A stretch of 64,000 nt of DNA, taken from positions 37,014,001 to 37,078,000 of the forward strand of contig CM060732.1 in NCBI GenBank assembly GCA_030704615.1, written 5' to 3'. This document shows, one piece after another, positions 1 through 12,500 of this stretch. The notes under the pieces were generated by a model. The model saw only the letters and a list, made by a program, of their open reading frames with translations, ran no database searches and was not told where the DNA came from. This DNA is from Takakia lepidozioides. Its lineage: Eukaryota > Plantae > Bryophyta. Positions within the stretch are counted from its first letter, which is position 1; the number at the start of each line of letters is the position of its first letter. Both the position numbers and the translations under genes were made by a program.

Positions 1-491
1 GAGGACATCTTGGATGACCTCAAGGGTCTACCCACTCTCGGCACTAGACTGCAGGAAGCCTACCTTTGAACAGCAAACAGAAGCAGAGAGGAAAGGGAGA
101 GTGCAATTGCCCGTTGTGTGGGCAATCTGAAGACAGTATTCATTTTCTGATACACTGTCCGGGGTTCTCTCACCAAAGAGACGCTCTCTTCAAATCTATT
201 AAGGGAATTGTGCCTGTACCCCTGTTTACCAACTTTGAAAGTCTCGAGGCTGAGCCAAAAGCCCAGGCCCTCCTGAGGCCTAGTTTTTGGGCAAATCACA
301 CACAGCAGATTGATGCTTGTGTGAAGGGATTTCTAGAGGATATCTGGAAAACCCGGATTAATTCTTTATATGGAGGTAAGTCTTACTACCAACGTCAGCC
401 CCTGACAGAGGTAGGTTCTGTCCCTTTTGTTCCCGCTCAAACTGGGCACGGGGTCAATGGCCACAAGGCTACGGCTAACAACGTCTTATGA
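1..491 (+). mobile_element. 3' end of a non-LTR retrotransposon ORF2 (C-terminal CCHC zinc finger), RTE-X-like, a different family from the CATTT-tailed copies downstream
   Basis: ORF 66-491 contains CPLCGQSEDSIHFLIHCPGF (CX2C...HX4C LINE finger) preceded by AGSLPLN; truncated by the window edge. Confidence 0.6.
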
Positions 492-584
492 GTACAATCT
501 TAGCACTAGTGAAAACTCCTGTTTCAGTGATTTGTGAGGCGAGAGCAATTGCAATGATAGAGATTTTTGGGGGATGGATAACAG

Positions 585-3500
585 GCTGAATTGATGGATC
601 GGAAGGATGGAGAGAGACGAGCCAAAGAGAGTGAAGCTGAAGTTTCCCGGGAATCCCAACATCTCAAAGATCAGGTTGCATTTTGGATCTGAAGTGTTTC
701 AAAGGTGCTTCTTAAAGTTGTGATGAACTGCAAGAACAAATCCAGAGACAGAATCTCCCTGGCAAGATGCTGGGCCAGTGGGAGGAGGGATTGGGGAGAG
801 CTATAGAAGTTAAATGCTCATACCTTGAGCTGCAATCTACAATTTGTAGGTCTCATGTGCATTATTCCATTCAAAATGTCTTAAAAGGAAACTGAAGTGA
901 ATGCACAATGGGTTGCGTTTGGACATGGCAGTTAGCAAGACTGAAAGAAGATAGCAGTGCTCGTATTCAAGCGGCGGAAGGTGTAGCTCAGCTGCCCTGT
1001 TCATTGTATTCATTGAGAGAAAGAACAACAAAACTTCATGATGTCCATGGAGAATGAAAGAAAAAGAAAGACTATCACATCCTTGGGACAATGAGGGAAA
1101 GAATTATAAGCAGGAGCATTTTCGAATAAAAATTTGAAGTTAGCCTTCCATATCCTCAAAGCCTTCAAGTTTCCAGAAGACAATGTAAAGCTTGTTGGGG
1201 TCTGCACTGGAGCTGTCCTTTGCAAATTGTTCATACAAAATTGTGCTTACTGTAACCATGTACCAAACACATAGGGTGGGGAAGGTATGCCGAGGTAAGA
1301 TAGACAGTGTTCTTTTAATGCTCTATAGCGATTGTGCCTCTCTCACCTGGGGTGAAGATTTCTTCCGTTCTGTTGCAGAAAGAGCCAAGAGTGATGCAGA
1401 TTACAGTTCCTCAATAATTCGAAGATTGGAATCAGAAATTGCACAACGTGACCAAAAGCATGCAGAAGAGGTGACGAAATCTTTCCTTCTCTTCATTCTC
1501 CTTTGCTCTTCCTTATTTGTCATCTACCAGGGGGGTTTGGTCAGAGGCTACAATGTTCATGGGAAGGTGAAAGTGGGGAACGAGTAGATGCTAATGAGTC
1601 CTTACTTCCAGCAGAAGAGAATGAGGAGGAAGAGGAAGTAGTAGCATAAAACAGAAGAGTTTGTTTTGTGCACTAGAAGCCCTAAGGGACCAATGGACAA
1701 AAAGAAAGTTCCAAATTGGATTTCTGACCCCTCCGTATTTTGTGGCAATAGGGCGCAACGGAGAGTCCATTGTGCTCAAAAAGTATGGACACCCGAGCAT
1801 ACCAAGAGTGCTTGTAACCAGCGGATTTGAGCCTGATAGATGTTGTGAGGGCCAGGCTGTCAGCCCTATGGGTGGAAGGGCTTGTAACCTTGTAAGAAAG
1901 ATTGTAAGCCGGAAAATGGCAGCTAGGGTTCTGAAGGCTCAAAATCATTGTTTCCTTGTCCCAACCTGGGGCCCCAACTTGGCAAAAACAGGTGCTGGCT
2001 TGGCTTTCAAGGACGTTAACTGTATAAGAGCATCTACAGATGCTGCCCTTGTGTGTGCTGTTTCAGCAGCCCCCTGGGTTGCTGGCAGGGTATTCTCATG
2101 TATGGCCTAGTTGTACGTCTGGTCAGACAGGTGGACGGGTGGCTGTTGGATGGAAAGCATACCCGCCCTGAATATGCCAGCATAGGCTGATATCAGGCAC
2201 AGCTTAGGGGTACCTGCTTGTTTTTCCCTCCCACACACACCACTCCTTGGGATGAATATCAAACCAAGCAGTGGAATGCAGAAGTCACTGCAATTTTTCC
2301 TTTGAAAAGGTGGGTTGTGTTTATGCAGGTGAAGTCAGTCCGATCGAAGCTAAGCATGGAAATAAGGGCTCTCGAATCTGCCAGAGAAGAAATTATGCGT
2401 GTGAGATCCACAACTCAAAAGCTTTTCTATTGATTATATCTCCTTGACAAGACAGAAAGGAAGTTTATTGGCCAGATGTACGCCTACAAATTCCATAACT
2501 GTGACTGGTAACCCTTTCTAGATCCACAACTGTTATCATCTGCTGAGGAATTTCTGGATTCAGGAATGCTACCTCAGCATTCCAAGAAATATGCAAACAG
2601 GTGGGGATCCATAAACACATACAAGAGAAAGTCAGCTTCAGTGTAGCTTAATCAGAAACGAGCAGCCAGGTTAACAAGCCAACCCCATAAAGGAGCCAAA
2701 TAATAGCCCAGTAAAGCTGAAACTGGAATACATCGGAGCTGATCCAGGTGGGGGAAAACAGGGAACACAAACACAAAGCAACTGGGAAAGGAGCTAGTAC
2801 ACCTGAAATAATGGGGAAATTTATAGACCAACAAGGCCAGCTAGCAACTGAATAATAATGATGCAAAAGAGTAAGCTCTATCTGCAAGTGGCCGGGAAAC
2901 TATGCTGCAACGCCTCTAAAATGACTGATTTGGGTATCTTTAGATTGATAATGTCCAAATGAAATATGCTGTTCTCCATGGGTGCAAGCATCATCTGCTC
3001 ATTCTGGATGGCAAGGCAAGATTGGCCTTGCAGTGAGTACTCTGTTGCCACCACTGACAAACCTGGATATCCTGCTAGCATCCTGCCGAAGTTCAACTGT
3101 CTTCGGGCAGCCATGGAGAGAGAGATGACACTGACTGAAGTTAGTGTACATAAGAGTCTCTCCCCCTTGCGGGGACTGCCCCCTTTTGGGGGTGGGCTCT
3201 AATAGGCCATCTATGGACGGTACAAGGTTATTTTCTTGTATCAAAACTGAAGAAAACTTCTTCTTTTACTGCCCTCTTTACTATGAGATCTGTGGGAGAT
3301 GCCACTGTCTGTTCTATTAGGAGGATCAGAAATACTGCACGAAGCTTTGACCCTTAGGCAATCCCTTGAGCGGTAGTTGCATTTGGGCTACTTCTGGCTC
3401 TTCGTCTTTCTTTCTTGTTTCTTGCTTTCCTATTGTCATATAAGCTCTTTGAGCTTTCTGTCGACGTTATAAAGTTCCATTTGCAAATTCGTTGCATGTC

Positions 3501-6500
3501 GGAGGAGACTCTGCAGCAATTGCTCGAAGCACGGAATAAGGACTTCGAGGAGTTGCTCGCAGCCAAAGACAGGGACGTGGAGAAGTTGTGCGAAGCCCGA
3601 GACAAAGATTTAGAGAACCTATGGGCGGAGGTCGCTGTCTTGCGAGCTTCCCTTATGGAGAGCAACACCAAAGTGGAGGGCCTGTTGAAACAGCTCAATG
3701 CCAAAACAACAATTGCACTCCTCCTAAATTGGAAGGGGAGGTAAGGGCCCTCACAGAGAAGGACACTTCAAGTACCCTCACGGCAAGTATGCACCAGCAG
3801 GTGGAAACTCTTACCAAAGAGCTGGAAACCCACAGGGCTGCGACATCTTCAATAGCCCAAGAGCTCCAAGCTCATAAGGCAGAGGCTTATTCTTGGGCTA
3901 GCATAGTCAAGGGAAGCACTGGACCATCCAACAGCAGTTCCCGCACTTTAGAAGAGACAGTCTCGGCTATCCTGCGGGAGGAACAGCAAAGGGCTTTCAA
4001 AGCCCTTAACATCCGGGTCACTGGGAAGCTAGGGACCCTTGCAGAGGGTGACCCCCTTGAAGCGGCAACCACCCTCATCCAACAATATTTGGCTCTACCA
4101 CGGGGAGCAAGTGGCATTGAACGGGCTTGGCGTGTAGGAACATCGGAGCACAAAGTCTTGTTCATCAGATTTAGGGACAAGGGTGCTCGGGAGAGGGTTC
4201 TATGTCAGAGGCCTCAATTGAGAGGCCACGACATGTAAAGGATTTGACCCCCATGCAATACAATGCCATGTGGGCTCAACTCGCGTAGGTCAAACAGCCT
4301 CGGGCACAGGGTTATTATGCGGTGTACCGAGATGGTCATCATTAGAGAACAGGAGCGTCGCCCCTCTAACTCTAAATAGGGGTTGGGGCCCCATGAGACC
4401 AACACAGGCTCGCATTTGAACATAGGCTCATGGAACTGCAATGGCTCTTTGTGGAGCCATCCTCATGGGCTTCTCGATATCCTCTCCAAGCGTGATATTC
4501 TTTTTCTCTTGGAAACACATGCATACGAAGGCAAGGACCCTCCATCTATTCTCGGATATAGCTTTCAGTCAATGACTCAGCCACGCATAGGACTCAAAGG
4601 CTCTGGTGGAGTAGCTTGTTACTTTGCTGACTGGCTCTCCCACATATCTCATTCCCATACAAAGACCCATTGGCAAGGTACATTTGGTGTCACATCAAAG
4701 GCTATAATCCGCAACCAAACATTCTATTGGTGGGATGTTACCTTTGCCCTGGCTACATCTCCACACAGTGGCCTCCTCATGCGAACAGATTCACCGTATG
4801 TTCCACTGGAAGAGGATATATCCCGTCTCCGTACCTCACACACAGACAAATTCTTGGTTGGCGATTTCAACGCCCGTACACGTTCTCTATAGGCTCCAAC
4901 GTTCGACCCCACGGACCCTCTACACATCCAACACTCACACGTGACCTTGGAGAGGCAAAGTCCAGACATCTCTAGCGAAATCACAAGCTATGGTCACCAT
5001 CTACTTAAGTTTTGCAAGATTTAGGGGCTTGTCATTTACAATGGCACGACCATTTTCAAATCCTCCAGTCAGTTCACCTGACATAGTGTGGTTGACTATC
5101 TCTTGGGGACCCCCAACACAATTGATAGAGTTAGCTCTTTTTACATCATGAGGTACCCGGATTCTGATCACTCTTGCCTTTCCTTTGCATTTCCTTCCAT
5201 CTCTTTCCCCGTCAGGGGGGGCTCCTCCGCTTCTGTCCCTTCACACCCTTGTATTCACTTTAATACCTCCTTCTTTCACTTACACGACGCTGATTATGAA
5301 AGATGCCTAGCTTCAATCCTCCCCTCCATCTTAGCTCTACCATCTACTGCTGACAAGGCTACCCATCTAACACACGCTCTTTGGAACTCAGCCCTGCGTT
5401 CCTTCCTAGTCACCCTCCCATCTACCTCCTCACCCCTCTCCACTCGTAGATATGTACCTTTCTATGACGAAGAATGCAAAGTGGCTAGAACGTCACATCA
5501 AATTTCTACTCCCGGATATCCATTCCTCTCCAGATTCCAAAAACCTAGCTCTCAAGCATATTAAGTCCCTCATTAGATCCAAAAAGAGAGCCGACACTCT
5601 CAAGCTGCAATCTACTTTCCTTGCAAATGTTTTCTCCTTGTTCTTTTTGGTCCCTCCTTAAACCTCACAGAGAACCACCTGCGATCAGTGACATTCACGT
5701 CTAGCATGAGTATGCCCAGTCATTGTACCATTCCCCGATCCAAACTCCCTCCCCCATAACCTCTAAACCCCTACACTTCTCTCTCTTTATTACAGCCAAT
5801 GTCAGCAAGGCAATCAAGAAGCTGCAAAATGGCAGGGCATTGGATATTTCAGGGCTACCAGGGTGAATTCATCAAGCACGCAGCACCCACTTTGGCCCCA
5901 TTTATAGCTCACCTCTTCAATAAGGCAGTGCAATATGGCTTTCCAACGGAGTGGACAAAGAGCATCATCCACCCCCTCTTTAGCAAAACCAAGATCATGG
6001 TTTTCGGTGGCCAGGCCGACCGCAGATTTCTCAACAATCAGGAGGTTGAGATAGTCAAATCGTACCAGTATCTGGGTCTGGTTATCCACCCCCCCAAATT
6101 CCAGTTTGCAGCAACTGCCCTGGACAGATTGACAAAAGGCAAGGCAGCCTCCATCCGCCTTCAGGCCAAATGCAAACAGATACATCTGCGCCATCCCCCA
6201 ACCAAAAAGTGGCTGTTTGACAGCGTTGTCACCCCTGCTGCCACTTTTGGTTGTGAATTCTGGGCACCTGCTGTCCCAGTTTCCCGGTGGCAAAAGAATC
6301 TAGAACCATTGGAATCATCTTTTCTCCAAGCAATGCTTGGCGCCAGAGGCACAACTCCGTCTCACATCCTGAGTGCAGAATTCGCATGCGTGCCACTGCA
6401 AACTGAGGCCCTCTTCCAGCTTACATTTTTCTGCATAGGTTACAAGCCCTTCCCCCCAAGGGGCTTGTGGTCGCAACATCTATCAGGCTCAAAAATGCAG

Positions 6501-9500
6501 GTTTCAAACAATCTTGGTATGCTCGAGTGGTGAACGCCATGGACTCTCTATTGCTTCACACTTACCAGTGAATCCAAAAGGGGTGGACAAAGCAAGATTG
6601 CAACAAACTCATTAGAAGAGAGCTTATGGAACTACATGTCAGGAGAACTTGGAAGCTACCCAACCTCATGACAAAGCTCCATTTCTATCGAGAAACATTA
6701 TTGGTTCTCCGAGATGATAGAATCTTGCGGCCCAATTACCTCTCGGCATCTTCATCTCCTTCTCTCCTGAGGGCATTGGGGCGGTTCAGGGTGGGCTCCC
6801 ACAACCTACAGATAGAGCTGGCAGATGGGAAAACCTACAGCGAGAGGACCGCCTATGTCCAGCTTGCATAGGGCGCAACCAGGAAATTGAAACTGAAGAA
6901 CACTTCTTCTATTGCCCTCTATACTATGAGATCCATGGCAGATTCCACTGTCTATTCCGTGGAACCCAATCTCTCACTGAAGTCTTTCACTATGAAGATC
7001 AGAAATGCTTGGCAGCTTACCTGCACGAGGCACTCACCCTTAGACATTCACTCGAACAATATTTTTTATCTCTGGCTCTGGTTTTTATTTCCTCTCTCAT
7101 GTTTTCTTCCATTTTGTCCCATAAGCTCTATGAGCTTTCCGCGGACGTTATAAACCACCATTTCATTTCATTTCATTTCTTTCTCTTCCCTTCCCCAAGA
7201 ATACTCACTTTTTTACTTACAAACATTCCTCTCACACATCCTCCAGCACATTTCACGCACAGTCTCTCAGTGTCAGACTCGCATACACCCCTAAGAATGG
7301 TTTCAACGCATTGGTGCTCTTGAATATGAGTCGCACAACATACTCCCCCGTGTGCCTGTCCAGAGTTGTGTCCTCCTTTCTTTCTCCATTTCATTTCGTT
7401 TCGTTTCGTTTTCTCTCTTTGCCTTCTTTCTCGTTTCTCTCTCTCGCGTGCACGGCAACACGTCGACGCTCGCGCGTTGGCGCGCTAGCGCCGCCTCCAC
7501 CACACCATGATGTCCTCCAAACGCCAAAGGACGGTTGGCAAGGAGGCAGACTCCCTGTCTCCCTCACCCCGACCTGATTCCCCTATGCTTCTTCTTCCTG
7601 CCCTTGTCTCTCAACAGGCCTCTCCTTTGCGTCAGTACTCCACAAGGAATGCTGATGTTCAAACGCTTTGGGACCAAATCACCATCTTACAAACGAAATG
7701 CATCTCGGAGGAGACTATGCAGCGAACATCCGAGACAAAGACTGGGAGACGTGGATGCTTCCCTAGACAAAGACTGGGAGACGCGGATGGCTTCCCTAGA
7801 TAAAGACTGGGAGAAGCGCATGGCTTCCTTGGACAAAGATTGGCAGAAACGCATGACGGACACAGACACAGACTTGGAGAAGTCGCTGGACAATATGCGA
7901 GTTCAGGACAGTGCTTCACGGGCCTCTCTTCAGGAGTGCCATAGCAAACTTCAAGGTCTGTCGAAACATCTCAATGACAAATCCACACATACGCATCTTT
8001 CAAAACTTGAAGGCGAAGTGAGGACCTTCGCAGAGAAGAGCCTCCCAGATCCCCTTACGACAAGCATCCACCTGCTATTGGAATCCCTTAGCAAAGAGCT
8101 AGAAACACACAGAACTGTGACGTCTACAATGGCTCGGGAGCTCCAAGCTCACAAGGCGGAGGCCTCCTCCTGAGCTAATATAGTTAAGGGGAGCACATCC
8201 AACAACAGTCCTCACTCCCTAGAGGAGACAGTCTCGGCTACCTTGTGAGAGGAACAGCAACGGGCTTTCAAAGCCCTTAACATCAAGGTCACTGGGAAGC
8301 TAGGGAGCCTTGCTGAAGAGGACCCTCTTGACGCTGCCACCAGCCATATTCAGCATAACCTTGCTCTACCACGGGGAGCGAGTGGCATTGAAAGGGCTTG
8401 GCGTGCAGGATCTTCAGAGCACAAAGTCCTCTTCATTAGATTCAAGGACAAGGGTGCTCGGGATAGAGTCCTCAGGCATAGGCCTCAATTGAGAGGTCAG
8501 GGTATGTACCTCAGCGATGACTTGACCCTTTTGCAATACAACGCCATGCGGGCGCAACTCTTGCAGGTTAAACAAGCTCGAGCTCAGGGGCACTATGCCG
8601 TGTACCGAGATGGGAGGGTAATTGTCCAGGAGCACGAGCATCGCCCCTCTAGCTCTAAAAAGGGGTTGGGGCACCATGAGACCAACGCACGCTCACATCT
8701 ACACATTGGCTCATGGAACTGTAATGGCTCGTTGTGGAGCCACCCCCAAGGGTTTCTAGATGTTCTTTCCAAGTGTGATGTTCTTTTTCTTTTGGAAACA
8801 CATGCGTACGAAGGAAAAGACCCCAATTTTATTCTCGGTTATAGTGTTCAGTCAGTGATTCGTCCACGTACAGGTCTCAAAGGATCAGGAGGTGTGGCTT
8901 GTTACTTTGCCGACTGGCTTCTCCCATTTATCTCCTTCCCATAAAAAGACCCAATGGCAAGGTACATTTGGTGTCACATTAAAGGCTACAACATCCTGCT
9001 GGCGGGATGTTATTTTGCTCCGGCTGCATCTCCGCACAGTGGCCTATATATTCGAACAGATTCACCATACGTTCCATTGGAAGACGATATGGCCCGTCTC
9101 CGTACCCCACACACGGACATTTTCTTGGTTGGAGATTTCAATGCCCGTATAGGATCACTACAGGCCCCTACCTTCGACCACACGGATCCTTTACACATCC
9201 AACACTCACATACGGAGTTGGAGAGGCAAAGTGCAGATTCCTCTTGCGAAATCACAAGCTACGGTAACCATCTACTCAAGTTTTGTGAAACTCAGGGGCT
9301 TGCCATTTACAATGGAACAACCAACTTCAAATCCTCCAGCCCAGTTCACTTGCCACACGTACAAGGGCCAGAGCGTGGTTGACTATCTCTTGGGGGAGCC
9401 CCAACAAGTCTGATAAAATAAGCTCCTTTTACATCACGAGGTACCCGGATTCTGGTCACTCTTGCATTTCCTTTGCATTTCCTTCCATCTCCCTCCTTGT

Positions 9501-12500
9501 GAAGGTCCCCTCTGCTTCTCTTCCCTTCCACCCACGTATCCACTTTAATACCCCTTTCTCTCACTTACACGACGCCGAGTATGAAACATACCTGGCATCA
9601 ACCCTCCCCTCCATTCTGGATCTACCATCTCTTAACGACAAGGCTACACATCTTACTCTAGCCCTTTGGGACTCAGCCCTGCGATCCTTTCCCGTCACCC
9701 TTCCATCTACCTCCTCACCCTTCTCCACTCGTCGTTATGCACCATTTTATGATGAGGAATGCAAGACTGCTAGGCGTCACATCAAATCTTTACTACTTGA
9801 CAACAATTCGTCTCCAGAGTCCACTAATCTTGCTCTTAAGCACTATAAGTCCCTCATTAGATCCAAAAAGAGAGCCTACACTATCAAGTTGAAATCTTCT
9901 TTCCTTGCTAAAATCAGATTTTCTCCTCGTTCTTTTTGGTCCCTCCTTAAACCTCATAGAGACCCTCCTCCCATCACTGACATTCACATCTGGCATGAGT
10001 ATGCACAGTCTTTGTACCATTCCCCAACCCAAACTCCCTCTCCTATAACCTCTAAACCCCTTCACTTCTCTCTCTTTACTACAACCAATGTCAGTAAGGC
10101 AATCAAGAAGCTGCAAAATGGCAGAGCAGTGGACATTTCAGGACTTCAGAGGGAATTCATCAAGCATGCTGCACCTACTTTAGCCCCTTTTATAGCTAAC
10201 CTCTTCAATGAGGTAGTGCAACGGGGCTTTCCAACATAGTGGACAAAGAGCATCATCCACCCACTCTTCAAGAGCAGTGACAGGCTCGCACCGACCAACT
10301 ATCGTACTATCATGGTGTCCTCATTACTTGCTAAACTGTTTGGGGCAGTAGTCATGGAACTGGATGATTGGGCTGAGTCCTCTCGCATTCGTGCTGAGGG
10401 ACAGGCTGGTTTCCGTCGCAACAGATCCACTATTGACCACATCTTCACTCTTCAGGTTATGGTGGAAAGTGCACGCTATGACAAAAGAATGGTCTATGTT
10501 TGCTTCTTGGACTTTCACAAAGCCTTTGATTCAGTTCCTCGGGACCTTCTCTTCCAACGGCTCCATAGAGTGGAAGTCCCTCCATACATCCTTTGTGCCA
10601 TCTCTTCTATGTATGAGATTGTCACTGGCATGGTCAACGTCGCTGGTGAATTCTCAGCCGAGGTCCACAGCAACATTGGAGTCAAACAGGGCTGCCCCCT
10701 TTCACCTACCCTGTTCGGGATCTACATTGACGCCTTGGGGAATTCCATATCAAAAAACCATGGGGTTGGGGTACCATTGGATGGGGGACCAACACAATCA
10801 GATCTCCTCTACGCTGATGATGTTGCCCTTTTGGCACAATCCCCGGTCTTCCTGCAACGCCATCTCAAAATTTTGGAACAGTTCTGCAAAGACTATGGGA
10901 TGCAAGTCAATCTTAGCAAGACCAAGATCATGGTCTTCAATGGCCAGGCTGATCGTAGATTCATCTTCAACCAGCAGGAAATTGAGATGGTGAAATCATA
11001 CCGGTACCTGGGTCTGGTTATCCACTCCCCCAAGTTTCACTTTGCAGCCACTGCCTTGGACAGATTGACTAAAGGTAAGGCGGCCTCCGTCCGCCTTCAG
11101 GCCAAATGCAAGCAAATACATCTGCGTCATCCCCCAACCAAAAGGTGGCTGTTTGACACTGTCGTCAGCCCTGCTACCATCTATGGTTGTGAGTTCTGGG
11201 CACCTGGTGTCCCTGTCTCCTGGTGGGAAAAGAATTTGGAACCATTACAGTCATCTTTTCTCCAAGCAATGCTTGGCGCCAGGAGCACAACTCCATCTCA
11301 GATCCTAGGTGCAGAGTTCGCATGTGTACCATTGCAATCCGAGGCCCTCTTCCGGCTTACAATCTTTCTCCATAGATTACAGGCCCTTCCACCCAAGGGG
11401 CTCGTGGCAAGGGCCCTCACAACATCTATGAGGCTCAAAGCTGCAGGTTTCAGGAACTCCTGGTATGCTCGAGTGGACAGTTTATTTCAACGTAACGGAC
11501 TTTCTACTGCTTTCCTATTACCAATGAATCCAGATGAGGTGGACATCACATCCAGACATGACCGCAACAGACTCATTAGGAGAGAGCTGATGGAATTACA
11601 TGTCAAGAGAACTTGGAAGCTACCCAATCTCACGACAAAGCTCCACTTCTATCGAGAGACATTCTTGGTGCTCCGCGATGATAGAATCTTGAGACCTAAT
11701 TACCTCTCAGCATCCTTATCTCCTTCCTTCCTTAGGGCATTGGGGCGGTTCAGGGTGGGTTCCCACAACCTACGGATAGAGACTGGCAGATGGGAAAACC
11801 TGCAACGGGAGGACCGCCTATGTCCAGCTTGCATAGGGCGCAGCAAGGAAATTGAAACTGAAGAACACTTCTTTCTTCTACTGCCCTCTGTACTACGAGA
11901 TCTGTGGGAGATTCCACTGTTTATTCAGTGGAACCCAAACTCTCACTGACGTCTTCCACTATGAGGATAAAAAATGCTTGGCAGCCTACCTGCACGAGGC
12001 CTTCACCCTTAGACAATCGCTAGAACATTAATTGTGGTTTCTGGATTTGTTCCTCTCTCATGTTCTTCCATTTTGTCCCATAAGCTCTATGAGCTTTCCG
12101 CGGACGTTATAAAGCACCATTTCATTTCTTCCTGGCCCTGTTCACAGTAACTCCTGGGTAATTTCGTATAGATTAATTCCATTATTAAACGTTTATCCAT
12201 TTTGATGGTCCAGGAGACTGAAAGGCATAAGTCCGTTGCAATGACCTGTGATGCACGAATAGCAAACAGAGAGCAGGCTCTCTTCCACGAAAAGGTCAGT
12301 AAATTTCTATCATATATCTCCATAAGTAGCTTTGTGTGATCGCTGTAGGTGAATGAGATTGCCAAACGGGTGTATGTGTGATGGTGTCCAGGAGGCAGCA
12401 CAGCAAGTGTTGAACAGCCAAATAGTCAAATTGAAAGCTGAAGTAGCCGCACTGCAGGTCCACTCTCTTCCCCCCCACCCCACCTTGTTTCTTGAGTTGT

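Noticed and set aside
7340-7500. HDV-like ribozyme in the RTE-X 5' UTR (CTCTCGC...GGCAACA)
   Set aside because: No convincing P1/P2/P3 pairing found by eye; would need a covariance-model search
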